64,000 bases of DNA from Dehalococcoidia bacterium (GCA_023229725.1 JALNYR010000001.1:9292-73291), one strand, 5' to 3'; counted from the stretch's first letter, positions 1 to 7,902 are shown. Program-made: numbers and translations. The notes: generated by a model not told the origin, from the sequence alone.

Positions 1-166
1 TCATCGCCTCGTGGCCTCGCTCGAGGAGATGTCGCACAAGGCGCTCGGCCGAACCGGGCGCGATCTTGTCCTCGGACTTGTAACAGGTTCGCGCGGCCTG
101 CTCGATTGCCTCGAGCGGCTTCTCCGGAAACTGCAAGATCTCGAAACTGGCCTTGATGATCTTCAT
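1..166 (-). CDS. thyX: FAD-dependent thymidylate synthase ThyX, N-terminal fragment (gene runs off the left edge)
   Basis: Not in ORF track (truncated). Reverse-strand translation from ATG 166..164 reads MKIIKASFEILQFPEKPLEAIEQAARTCYKSEDKIAPGSAERLVRHLLERGHEAM, matching the remembered ThyX N-terminus (AAR.CY.S ... GH). ATGA overlap with stop of upstream exonuclease gene. Confidence 0.6.
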   Translation of the reverse strand, partial: MKIIKASFEILQFPEKPLEAIEQAARTCYKSEDKIAPGSAERLVRHLLERGHEAM

Positions 167-699
167 CTCGAAACCCCTCTCAATTGCATGTACACGCCGA
201 GTGTGGCGTAGCAGTCGACACGCGCTGAGTGCGTGTCCGCGAGCGTGATGCCACACTTCTGACAGAGCGCCTCGAGGCTGTACGGCCTCTTGCCCGCGCC
301 GCAAACGTGCGCGGCCTTCGCGACGTCCTTGATGTCGATCATCTTCTTCGCCCGCGGCGGCTCGAACCCAACGCTGCGGCACGCCGCCGCGACGAAGCGC
401 ACGTCGAACGACGGGAAAGAACCCAGCCACCAGTCGGCTAGCTCGATGAGCGCGAGGACTGGCGGCAGGACCGCGATGAGCGGGCGCTCGGTCTTCGCCC
501 ACTCGGCGCGGCTCCAGCCGTTCACTTGGAGCGCCTGGGCACTTGCTCGCTCGGGATGGAGCAGTGGAGAGCGACCTCCTGCCTCGAAGAGCACCTTGAG
601 CGACTGGTCGACCAACACGGCGTGCGTGTCGATCACCTCGTGCTGCACCGGGTCAAATCCGGTCGTCTCGGTGTCGACGATGACGATGAGGTCGTGCAT
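163..699 (-). CDS. DEDDh 3'-5' exonuclease (DnaQ/epsilon-like)
   Basis: 178 aa. Exo I IVIVDTETTG, Exo II SFDVRF, Exo III HSARVDCY (H-x4-D) all visible. Confidence 0.8.
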   Translation of the reverse strand: MHDLIVIVDTETTGFDPVQHEVIDTHAVLVDQSLKVLFEAGGRSPLLHPERASAQALQVNGWSRAEWAKTERPLIAVLPPVLALIELADWWLGSFPSFDVRFVAAACRSVGFEPPRAKKMIDIKDVAKAAHVCGAGKRPYSLEALCQKCGITLADTHSARVDCYATLGVYMQLRGVSR

Positions 700-708
700 C
701 GAAATCTC

Positions 709-3540
709 CTACAGCCCCTTCACGAGCGTGCCGAAGTGCTCCCAGATGGCCGAGCCCACGGCCTTCGCCGTCGTCTCGACCGCGACTGGGGCTCCAGTGT
801 CGAAGCCTACGAACGTGAAGGCCTTGAGCTTCGCTGTCTCGGGCTTCTTGCCGCAGAGCGCGAGCCCGAAGGCGTCACCGTCCTTCGAGATGCTCTGGAG
901 CACCACGGCCGCCTTCTTCGACATCGTGTGCCGCCCGAGCCAGTAGACCTTCACGACGCCCGTGGGCTTCGCGGCCTCGCCAACGCGAAGGGGAAGCCCA
1001 GCCTCGGGGGCAGAGCCACCAACCGCGTCCACTGTGGCAGGGTCAGCCGCAGGAGGCGTCGCGCCTGCCGCCGCGTCGACCACGTCGCAGAGGACGCAGA
1101 GAAGCGGCTCGGTCGTGTCAGCCTTCGTGTAGCCGACGCCCAGCTCGGTCCCCGAGTCGAGGATGAACGTGCGCTGCGTCTCGTCGCGCTTCGGAGATGC
1201 CATCGCCACCAGCCCACGGACAAGGTACCAGTTGCCCGTGACAGCTTCGGTCACGGAGCACTTCTTCGCGGCGTGGAACTTGATCGGCTTCCAGACCTTG
1301 CCCCGAACGCGAGCGACGAGGGCCTCGAACGTCAGCTCGGGCACCGGCTCGATGGGCTGTCCGAACCCGATCTTCGCCTGCACGTCCTCGAGAGTGACCA
1401 TCGCGATCTCGGTGCGGAGCCGGTCGACGCTCGTGATGTTGTTGAAGCGGTCGCCCTGACCGGGGAAGCGCGCGGCGTACTCGCGGAGCGCCGGCTCTGC
1501 CGCGGTCTTGAGCCACGCGGCGATGCCGTCGGTCGCGTGCCCCGAGAGCTTCGAGACGTCCTGCATGATGTCGTCGAAGTTCGGCGGCGAGGCCTCGGGC
1601 GGCGGCAGCTTCACGATGTCGCCGGAGAGCGGCTGGCCGCGGTCGAGCACCTGCAGGATGAGCTGCTTCATCTGCGGCCGGGAGAGGTTCTCGGCCGCGC
1701 GCTCGTGGAACATCTCCTCCATGAGATCGCCCACCTGGGCCTCGGTCCAGCCGACCTTCATTTGTGCGCTCTCGAGCGCGTTGAGCTGCTCGATCGTCGC
1801 GGGGTCGCTCTCAGGAGTCTTCATGAAGATCTTCACAGGCGGCTCCGGCTCGCCGAGCACCGTGAGGAGCACGTCGGCCTCGCCGGCCGTGAGCTCCGTG
1901 AGCGGACGGCCCACCGTGGTGAAGATCCAGTCGCAGAGCTGCTGGTACGTCCAGCCGCGCTTCTCTTCGGAGAGGATCGTGAGCTTGTCGATCTGGAAGA
2001 GCGTGATCGAGCCCTCGGGGCCCGCAGCCGGCGCAGGGGTCGTGACTACGGGAGGGGAGTCCGCGGTGTCCTGCGCCGGCTGCGGAGCTACGGGGATTGA
2101 TGGCGGAACCGGCGCCGGCTCGACCACCACAGGCGGCGGAACCGCCGGCTGTGGCAGCACGGCTTGCACCTGCTGCGGCAAATGGCCCTGGTCTAACACC
2201 GACACGTTCGCAGGTGTAGGAACATCCGCCGCAAGAGACGCGACCGTAGGTTCGGCCGGCGTCGGTTCCACAGGGGTTGCGACGGCAGCAGCCGCCGCCA
2301 TCTGGCTCGCGAGCATCTCGGTCGCGCCCTTCGCGACGAGGATGCACTTCGCCGCCTCGGCTTCGGTGAGCTGCATCCACGGCTTTCCGAACAAGTGCCG
2401 CGGCTCCGAGTCCGGCGGGAAGCCGTTGAAGGACGCGCAGAAGGATAGCCACCACGTCGTCTGCTCGATGGTGACTGCCTGCGGCGGCTCGACCGAGACG
2501 GGCTCGGGCTGCTGGTAGACCGTCATGTCCCTGAGTGAGAGGCAGTGCGGCAAGGAGTCGCAGATCGAGTACTTCATGCCGAAGCACGAGGCCCAGTTCT
2601 GCGGCACGTGGCGCCAGTCAAGCCCGTACTGTTGGAACGCGGCCTCGGCCTCCGCGAAGCGCGCGTGGGCGTAGCGCATCTGCGCTTTCCAGACCTCGAG
2701 CCGATCGGGCCGCAGCCGGAGGATGTGCCGCTGGAAGCCGGGGTCGTCGTTTCTGCCGCGAGGCTTCTCGATGGTGTTGATCATGACGGCGCGGGCCGCG
2801 GGCCACCCGAGCGGCACCATGACAGTCTCCCAGATGGAGAAGAGCATCATCATCTGATCGTCCTGCCACCAGGCCTCGAGCCACTCGGGGGACGCGTTGC
2901 GAGTCGTCTTGTGGTCGGGGAGCACGACGCAGACTTGCCCGTCCGTTTCGTCGATGACGCGGAAGACAGCGTCGTAGCGGCACGAGGTCGGGAACTCGCT
3001 CTGCGGCGGCAGCGCGTAGACGTCCCGCTCGACGAAGAGCACGTCCTCTTGCGGCGGGTCCATCGTCTCGAGCCTCCGCATCGTGATCGAGGCGCCGCCG
3101 GGCGCCTGCACGTAGTTCGCGATGTAGACCGTGACGAGGCGCTGGGCGTTCATGGCGAAGCCCCACAGCTCGCTCGGCCAGGAGCGGGTCGCGCCCAAGC
3201 GCGTGCCCTCATCGAGCGCGACGCGGCACCACTCGAGGACCACCTGACAGACCGCGAGGGCCTGCGAGCGGTCGCGAGTCCGATACCAGAACGCCATCGC
3301 GGCGTGGAAGAGGATGCCCGTGACAAGTGCCTGCGTCTTCGCCGGCTCGAAGCCGTAGAGCCGCGTCAAGAGCGCCAGGTAGAGGCACTTCTTCGCGCGA
3401 GCCCAGAACGAGCTGCCCCAGAAGGTCGGCCCGCCGCCTGCGTCGAGGTGAGCTTCCTTCAGGATCTCCTCGATCGGCTTGAAATGCTCCTCGAACCGGA
3501 TGACGTCATGCGCCCCTGAGTCGACCATCGTATTCCTCAC
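709..3540 (-). CDS. PD-(D/E)XK (Cas4/RecB-like) nuclease fused to Pro-rich linker, three helical repeats and a C-terminal beta-rich domain
   Basis: 943 aa. RYD190AVF ... VVLPD209HK211TT nuclease-like motifs. Cys52 plus C319-x7-C327-x5-C333 cluster resembling Cas4 Fe-S ligands. P/A/V-rich linker aa ~420-510. Repeats aa ~356-405, 511-563, 581-634 share (I/L)xQ..L...GWT..Q...L(T/S).....L..VL. Confidence 0.55.
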   Translation of the reverse strand: MRNTMVDSGAHDVIRFEEHFKPIEEILKEAHLDAGGGPTFWGSSFWARAKKCLYLALLTRLYGFEPAKTQALVTGILFHAAMAFWYRTRDRSQALAVCQVVLEWCRVALDEGTRLGATRSWPSELWGFAMNAQRLVTVYIANYVQAPGGASITMRRLETMDPPQEDVLFVERDVYALPPQSEFPTSCRYDAVFRVIDETDGQVCVVLPDHKTTRNASPEWLEAWWQDDQMMMLFSIWETVMVPLGWPAARAVMINTIEKPRGRNDDPGFQRHILRLRPDRLEVWKAQMRYAHARFAEAEAAFQQYGLDWRHVPQNWASCFGMKYSICDSLPHCLSLRDMTVYQQPEPVSVEPPQAVTIEQTTWWLSFCASFNGFPPDSEPRHLFGKPWMQLTEAEAAKCILVAKGATEMLASQMAAAAAVATPVEPTPAEPTVASLAADVPTPANVSVLDQGHLPQQVQAVLPQPAVPPPVVVEPAPVPPSIPVAPQPAQDTADSPPVVTTPAPAAGPEGSITLFQIDKLTILSEEKRGWTYQQLCDWIFTTVGRPLTELTAGEADVLLTVLGEPEPPVKIFMKTPESDPATIEQLNALESAQMKVGWTEAQVGDLMEEMFHERAAENLSRPQMKQLILQVLDRGQPLSGDIVKLPPPEASPPNFDDIMQDVSKLSGHATDGIAAWLKTAAEPALREYAARFPGQGDRFNNITSVDRLRTEIAMVTLEDVQAKIGFGQPIEPVPELTFEALVARVRGKVWKPIKFHAAKKCSVTEAVTGNWYLVRGLVAMASPKRDETQRTFILDSGTELGVGYTKADTTEPLLCVLCDVVDAAAGATPPAADPATVDAVGGSAPEAGLPLRVGEAAKPTGVVKVYWLGRHTMSKKAAVVLQSISKDGDAFGLALCGKKPETAKLKAFTFVGFDTGAPVAVETTAKAVGSAIWEHFGTLVKGL

Positions 3541-3850
3541 CTTCTCGTGGCTCTGTCGTGAGAGCCGTGTCGATCATCGCCACCATGCCATCGGTCATCC
3601 GCGTGAAGCGCGGATCGCCCAGTCTCGTCGCGGTCGCGCCGAGGTCGAGCAAGAACTTCTTGAGCGTGCGGCAGAGCCGATACGCCTCCCACTCCCGCTC
3701 GGTCGGGAAGAGGATCATCGCGAACCACGGCGCCATCGTCTCGCGGTCCGTGAACAGCTCGTAGTGCGGCTTCGGCTTCCGCAGCATGTTGAAAAGCTGC
3801 GCACTGAGCCGCTTGAACCGCTCGGCGCCAATCGGTTCACTCGCCATCAC
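3506..3850 (-). CDS. hypothetical protein
   Basis: 114 aa. Same strand as neighbours and overlaps both. No motif recognised. Confidence 0.55.
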   Translation of the reverse strand: MMASEPIGAERFKRLSAQLFNMLRKPKPHYELFTDRETMAPWFAMILFPTEREWEAYRLCRTLKKFLLDLGATATRLGDPRFTRMTDGMVAMIDTALTTEPREGEEYDGRLRGA

Positions 3851-4248
3851 TCGTACTCTTTCTCGTCGTAGTCGCGGTCGCAGTCACAGTCTTCGCACGG
3901 CTCGTCGCAGTCGCAGTCGCCGTCGCACTCTTCCTCGTCGTCGATCTCGTTCTCGTCGGTCCAGTTCTCGGCTTGCAGCTCCTCGACGTCGATACCGAAC
4001 TCGCCGAGCGCGTTGAAGATGGCGGTGTCGAGATCGTCCATGTCGACGATCGAGTCGTCGAAGTCCTTGGGAGCGAGCACCTTGTAGACCGGCGAAACCG
4101 AGACGACGCGGCTCACCGTCTCGTCCATGAGCTCCTTGCCCGTCCGCAACTCCTCGAGGTCCACGTTGACCCTGACCTTGACGGGCACGGAGATCGTGAC
4201 GTCGATCTCTACCTCTACTTGCTTCACGTCGGACATCTCACCCTCCAA
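3847..4248 (-). CDS. highly acidic protein with C-terminal Cys/Asp repeat (CDGDCDCDEPCEDCDCD)
   Basis: 133 aa. Roughly one third Asp/Glu by my count against about 10 Lys/Arg. Six Cys in alternating C-D pattern at the C-terminus. ATGA-type packing in operon. Confidence 0.7.
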   Translation of the reverse strand: MEGEMSDVKQVEVEIDVTISVPVKVRVNVDLEELRTGKELMDETVSRVVSVSPVYKVLAPKDFDDSIVDMDDLDTAIFNALGEFGIDVEELQAENWTDENEIDDEEECDGDCDCDEPCEDCDCDRDYDEKEYE

Positions 4249-5179
4249 ACAGCTCGTTCAATTTCAGGCCCACGCCCGCGTCGAGGCCCAGCGCCTGCGC
4301 GATGAGCGAGCCTCGGTTGTCACCAAAGAGCCCGTCCGTGGCCTTCGCCTCGACCATGAGGCGATCGAACATCGACCGCTCGAACGGCACGTCGGCAACG
4401 GCGACGTAGGTCATGACCGGCCGAGTCTGGCTCATGCGGACGAGGCGGCCTCGAGCCTGGACCCAGCGGTCGACGCGCCACGGCATCTCAAGGAAGACTT
4501 GCATCCGGCAGACGCGCGCGAGCACGTCCACGCCGGTCCCGAGCAGCTCGGTCGTCGCGGCCAGCACGCCACCGTGCGAGCTCCACTGCGCGATGGCGTT
4601 CTCAACCCACGAGCGGGGACAGCCGCCGTGCGCTGTGTAGCAGACGACGCGTGGCGGCTTGCCCAACAGCTCGGAGATGCGCTCGACCGCACTGTGGTGC
4701 CAGCACCACACGAGCACATGCTCATCGGCCGCAACGAGGTCGCGGCACAGGTTCGCGACGTCGTGCAACTTCGTCTCGGCGAGCAACTCGCGAAGCGCCT
4801 GCACCTCGCCCATCGCGAACTTCGACTCGGCGCGCGACTCACCGTGGCCGCGCAGCGTCTTCTGGAGCTGGAAGACCGCGTCGCCGATGCTGCGCTCCTC
4901 GCTCGGCTCGACGCGGACGCTGAGACGCTGGATCGTCTCCTTCGGCAGCTCGTGCGCGAAGTCCTGAGCGTCGTAGTGGAGGACGAGGTTCTCGAGCCGG
5001 TAGCGCAGCTCGGCCTGCATCTGCGGCGTCGGCATGCCGGGCACGAGCGCGTTGTGCTCGTCCCGCGTGGCGCCCGTGTACCGCTCGATGAAGCTGTTGT
5101 AGCTGCCCCAGCCAGTCGAGACGGCCGTGAGCGGGCCCCAGAGCCGATGCGCGCCGCCGGAGAGGAGCGTCGCGCTCAT
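4238..5179 (-). CDS. SNF2-family helicase, C-terminal lobe (separate ORF)
   Basis: Begins MSATLLSGG (motif III-like L(S/T)GTP position). Has LLGTGVD (motif V-like) and WVQARGRLVRMSQ (motif VI Q..GR..R). ATG 5179 overlaps stop of 5176..5838 (ATGA). The in-frame upstream extension in ORF-track ORF 4238..5380 is Arg/Gly-rich junk. Confidence 0.8.
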   Translation of the reverse strand: MSATLLSGGAHRLWGPLTAVSTGWGSYNSFIERYTGATRDEHNALVPGMPTPQMQAELRYRLENLVLHYDAQDFAHELPKETIQRLSVRVEPSEERSIGDAVFQLQKTLRGHGESRAESKFAMGEVQALRELLAETKLHDVANLCRDLVAADEHVLVWCWHHSAVERISELLGKPPRVVCYTAHGGCPRSWVENAIAQWSSHGGVLAATTELLGTGVDVLARVCRMQVFLEMPWRVDRWVQARGRLVRMSQTRPVMTYVAVADVPFERSMFDRLMVEAKATDGLFGDNRGSLIAQALGLDAGVGLKLNELFGG

Positions 5180-5838
5180 GCAAGGACGCGCTTGGCGCCG
5201 CGGCAGAGCGCGTGGAGCCCACCGGTCCGCGCGGCTGACGAGTTCCCCATGTTGTGGACCTCGTCGATCACGACCAGCTCCGGCTGACGCGCGATGGCTC
5301 GCGCAGCCGTCGCGGCCTCGACGCTCGCCTCGGTCGCGAGCAAGCCCCCATCCCGCGCTGCCGCGACGATGCGGCCCCACTCGGCGACCGTCTCATGAGC
5401 GACGAGCAGCCAGCAGTGGTCTGGCAGCGACTTCACCGGCTCGCGGTGGAGCACTTCACCTGTGGTCCCGAGGTAGACCCGCTCGACTCGGAGGCGGCGG
5501 TTCCCAAGGAGCTCATAGACAACGTTCACGCCAGCCCAACGCACGATCTCCTCGAGCCAGGTGTTGAAGAGGTGTGCTGGGATGACGAACGCGACGACGT
5601 TGTAGTTGAGCGCGACCGCGGTCACGATCGACGTCGAAGTTTTCCCCAAACCGACTGAGAAGGAGTTGAGGTAACTCCCCTCGAGTCCCCAGGAGACGCC
5701 CTCGATCTGATAGCCGCGCAACCTACGACCGCAGCGCGCACCACACGCGTCTGCCGCCGACAGCGCGGCATTCAGGCTGTCAAGCCTTGAAGCCAACCCT
5801 TTGCCCTCACCGAAGACGACCCTAGCTGGCATGGTCAC
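5176..5838 (-). CDS. SNF2-family helicase, N-terminal ATPase lobe (separate ORF)
   Basis: 220 aa. LRGYQIEGVSW, GLGKTSTS (Walker A/motif I), VVIDEVHNMGN (DExH motif II). Ends RVLA-stop exactly where motif III should follow. Confidence 0.8.
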   Translation of the reverse strand: MTMPARVVFGEGKGLASRLDSLNAALSAADACGARCGRRLRGYQIEGVSWGLEGSYLNSFSVGLGKTSTSIVTAVALNYNVVAFVIPAHLFNTWLEEIVRWAGVNVVYELLGNRRLRVERVYLGTTGEVLHREPVKSLPDHCWLLVAHETVAEWGRIVAAARDGGLLATEASVEAATAARAIARQPELVVIDEVHNMGNSSAARTGGLHALCRGAKRVLA

Positions 5839-5846
5839 ATCGTGTC

Positions 5847-5886
5847 AATAAAAAAGCGACGCCCCACGCGGGCAACGTGGGGCGTC
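5847..5886 (-). terminator. intrinsic terminator on minus strand, inside the leader of the leftward operon
   Basis: 11-bp perfect stem gacgccccacg / cgtggggcgtc (5858-5868 / 5876-5886), 7-nt loop. On the minus strand it is followed by gcTTTTTTATT (5847-5855). Lies 8-9 nt upstream of the GTG/ATG start of 5176..5838. Confidence 0.6.
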
Positions 5887-5913
5887 ATTGGTGAGGGGAT
5901 CGGGACTGAAGAG

Positions 5914-5942
5914 AAGATCACACATGGCGCATTACTTGTCAA
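5914..5942 (-). promoter_or_regulatory. sigma70-like leftward promoter (-35 TTGACA, 17-nt spacer, extended -10 TGtGATCTT)
   Basis: Minus strand reads TTGACA (5942-5937), agtaatgcgccatgtgt, GATCTT (5919-5914). Perfect -35 and TG extension. Transcript would run into the terminator at 5886-5847. Confidence 0.4.
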
Positions 5943-5987
5943 TACCATAACGCCTGGTGGCGATCACCTCGTCGTAGAAATCGCAGG

Positions 5988-6017
5988 TTGACGTGGCCAG
6001 TGGAACGCCTGTACCCT
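5988..6017 (+). promoter_or_regulatory. sigma70-like rightward promoter (-35 TTGACG, 18-nt spacer, -10 TACCCT)
   Basis: TTGACG 5988-5993 and TACCCT 6012-6017, about 24 nt upstream of ATG 6042. Back-to-back with the leftward promoter. Confidence 0.4.
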
Positions 6018-6041
6018 GACTCTCGGCGAGGGCACGCCAGT

Positions 6042-7421
6042 ATGAGCATTGGTCGGGACGAAAACATCGTCAGGCTACCGCGCGCCTGGACGATGGAGGC
6101 ACGCCGAGCGCGACGCGAAATCCAACTCGAAGCCATATGGGAGGCGCACGCGAAGCCTTACGGCGAGGCACTCGCGGCCGGGAGTCCCCCATTCGGAGGC
6201 CACGTAAGATCTGGAGGCTGGACGATGGAAAACTGGGTAGTCGAAAACCTCTTCTTGGAGGGACACATCGGGTTACTCGTCGGTGACGCTGGCACCGGCA
6301 AGTCGCTCGCTGCTCTCGACTTGATGCTCGCAGCCGCGAGCGGTGGAAAGTGGCTGGGCCACTTCGAGGTGATGACGACTCCGGTCATGTACTTGGCCGG
6401 AGAGGGCAAGATCGACGAGAACACGTCACACGCGATGGGCCTGCTCTTGGGCCGCGGTGACGACCACGCCGAGTTCATGCGGCGCTATCAGCATCGCGTG
6501 CAGCTCATCGCGCCAGAAAACCTCGGACTCACGCCCGACGCGCCGCTCTCTTCCGACACGTGGTGGCGCAATATCGAAGCGCTCGTGAAGTCGACCTACC
6601 CGAAGGAAGCGCGGCCTCGGCTGTGGATTCTCGACCCGCTCCTCGCGCTCATCAACTCGACTGACAAGTCCGACGATGTGCGGCCGTTCATCGCACGAGT
6701 GCGGTGGCTCGCAGAGCAGACGAGTGGCTACGTTTTGATGATCCACCATACCAACAAGGCACGAGGACAGCAAGTATCTCGTCGGGATCGGGTTCGTGGG
6801 GAGTCGATGCTCGTGAACCTCTGCGACGACGTGCTGATCATGGAGAATGACAGCGAGGACAACAAGCTCGTTCACCTCTACGCGAACAAGCTGAAGCGTG
6901 GGGCCTCGAGCGACGCGCAGCCGTTCTGCCACATCGCGCGGAACTTCACCGAGGTCTCCGAGCACACCTTCGATCGCGTGCTCGACGCGGTCGGCGTCTC
7001 CCGCACTGGCAACGAGTCACCTCGCGCGCTCAAGCAGATCACGATGCGCTACATCGCCTACAGCCCGGAGCTGCACCGGAAGGAAGACGACTCCGGCGAG
7101 GTCGAGGCGCCCAGGCAGCAGGAGCGACAGGTCACCGTGACCGACGAGCCCGTCGAGCCCCGGATCGACATGAGCGCTTGGGACGTCGATCAGCAAAAAA
7201 TCTGGAACGTGCTGACCATGGTCGAGGAGCCGCTCACTGTCACCGCAATGCAACGCGTCCTCCTCGAGAAGCTCGGCTACGACATCACGACGACCCGCAT
7301 TCAGACTCGCTTCGACACGCTCGAGGGGCTTGGTTTGGTAGGACACACTCCTGTGAAACCTCTGATCGGACGTCCTGGTGTTGGCTACGCGCTCAAGTCT
7401 CGTCTCCTCGTCAAACCGTGA
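6042..7421 (+). CDS. RepA/AAA_25-like RecA-fold ATPase (replicative helicase-type) with C-terminal winged-helix-like tail
   Basis: GLLVGDAGTGKSLAALDL (Walker A), LWILDPLLAL (Walker B-like), VLMIHHTNK (HH.nK signature of RepA/AAA_25 family from memory). ATG 6042 chosen because the ORF-track TTG start at 5988 coincides with the -35 hexamer. Confidence 0.7.
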   Translation: MSIGRDENIVRLPRAWTMEARRARREIQLEAIWEAHAKPYGEALAAGSPPFGGHVRSGGWTMENWVVENLFLEGHIGLLVGDAGTGKSLAALDLMLAAASGGKWLGHFEVMTTPVMYLAGEGKIDENTSHAMGLLLGRGDDHAEFMRRYQHRVQLIAPENLGLTPDAPLSSDTWWRNIEALVKSTYPKEARPRLWILDPLLALINSTDKSDDVRPFIARVRWLAEQTSGYVLMIHHTNKARGQQVSRRDRVRGESMLVNLCDDVLIMENDSEDNKLVHLYANKLKRGASSDAQPFCHIARNFTEVSEHTFDRVLDAVGVSRTGNESPRALKQITMRYIAYSPELHRKEDDSGEVEAPRQQERQVTVTDEPVEPRIDMSAWDVDQQKIWNVLTMVEEPLTVTAMQRVLLEKLGYDITTTRIQTRFDTLEGLGLVGHTPVKPLIGRPGVGYALKSRLLVKP

Positions 7422-7558
7422 ACTTTCACAGTTTCCCGGCTAAAAAATCCATGCTGTTTTTCAGAAGATTCTTTTTTACGCAATGATTCCAGACTTCTAG
7501 ATGGGCTTTTTGTGGTGAACTATTTTGTCACCTTCTATTGACATTCGCCAAACACTGC

Positions 7559-7703
7559 GGATTCTTTGCGATTCCCCGAATAGCGTGGCGCTACGAGCCG
7601 CAGGCGAGTAGGTATACGGTACGCTAGGGCTTGCCCATGACTGGGCAAGCCCTAGCGTACCGTAACAACCGACACGCGTCAAGAGGGGAATCGCTTAGAA
7701 TCC
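7559..7703. repeat. nested inverted repeats: 23-bp perfect hairpin inside a 19-bp (17/19) outer inverted repeat
   Basis: Inner arms 7615-7637 / 7642-7664 (tacggtacgctagggcttgccca ... tgggcaagccctagcgtaccgta), 4-nt loop tgac. Outer arms ggattctttgcgattcccc 7559-7577 and ggggaatcgcttagaatcc 7685-7703. Small hairpin tagcg-tgg-cgcta between. No U-tract on either side. Confidence 0.8.
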
Positions 7704-7867
7704 TCCGTGGCCCGAAAGTCGATGCACACGCGTTTTTTGAGCAAAAAGGTCGAGTCTCATACGGTGCGACTGTGTAGCGAAAACGCTACCCTGCCATTTC
7801 AACCCAAGACCCTCTGTTATTCGGAATGCAACCCTCCTGATAAAACTAGGCGTCGTGGGGATCACGG

Positions 7868-7896
7868 TTGCATTTCTGAATGGCAGGCGATATCGT
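7868..7896 (+). promoter_or_regulatory. promoter for a leaderless mRNA (-35 TTGCAT, 17 nt, -10 TATCGT, 6 nt, GTG)
   Basis: TTGCAT 7868-7873, TATCGT 7891-7896, GTG 7903. Same geometry recurs at other genes. Confidence 0.5.
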
Positions 7897-7902
7897 CGGT
7901 GC

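Noticed and set aside
526-2100. 524-aa plus-strand ORF (and 290..946, 1508..2518) antisense to the 943-aa nuclease gene
   Set aside because: Arg/Gly/Leu/Asp-rich, low-complexity translation typical of shadow frames in high-G+C DNA. The opposite strand carries recognisable nuclease and exonuclease motifs and operon-style coupling.
4238-5380. N-terminal 67-codon extension of the SNF2 C-lobe ORF given in the ORF track
   Set aside because: The extension (MGPHRRGSAGWGLARDRGERRGRDG...) overlaps the real N-lobe frame and is Arg/Gly junk. The ATG at 5179 fits the motif III position and the ATGA coupling.
5939-6136. 65-aa minus-strand ORF in the divergent promoter region
   Set aside because: No RBS and an Arg-rich composition. 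It overlaps both promoters and the 5' end of the RepA-like gene. The leftward transcript is better explained as a non-coding leader or short RNA.
6042-7421. Walker-A ATPase as the genome-packaging ATPase of a tailless virus
   Set aside because: The HHTNK and LWILDP motifs and the winged-helix tail fit RepA/AAA_25 replicative ATPases. The location next to an ori-like region supports a replication role.
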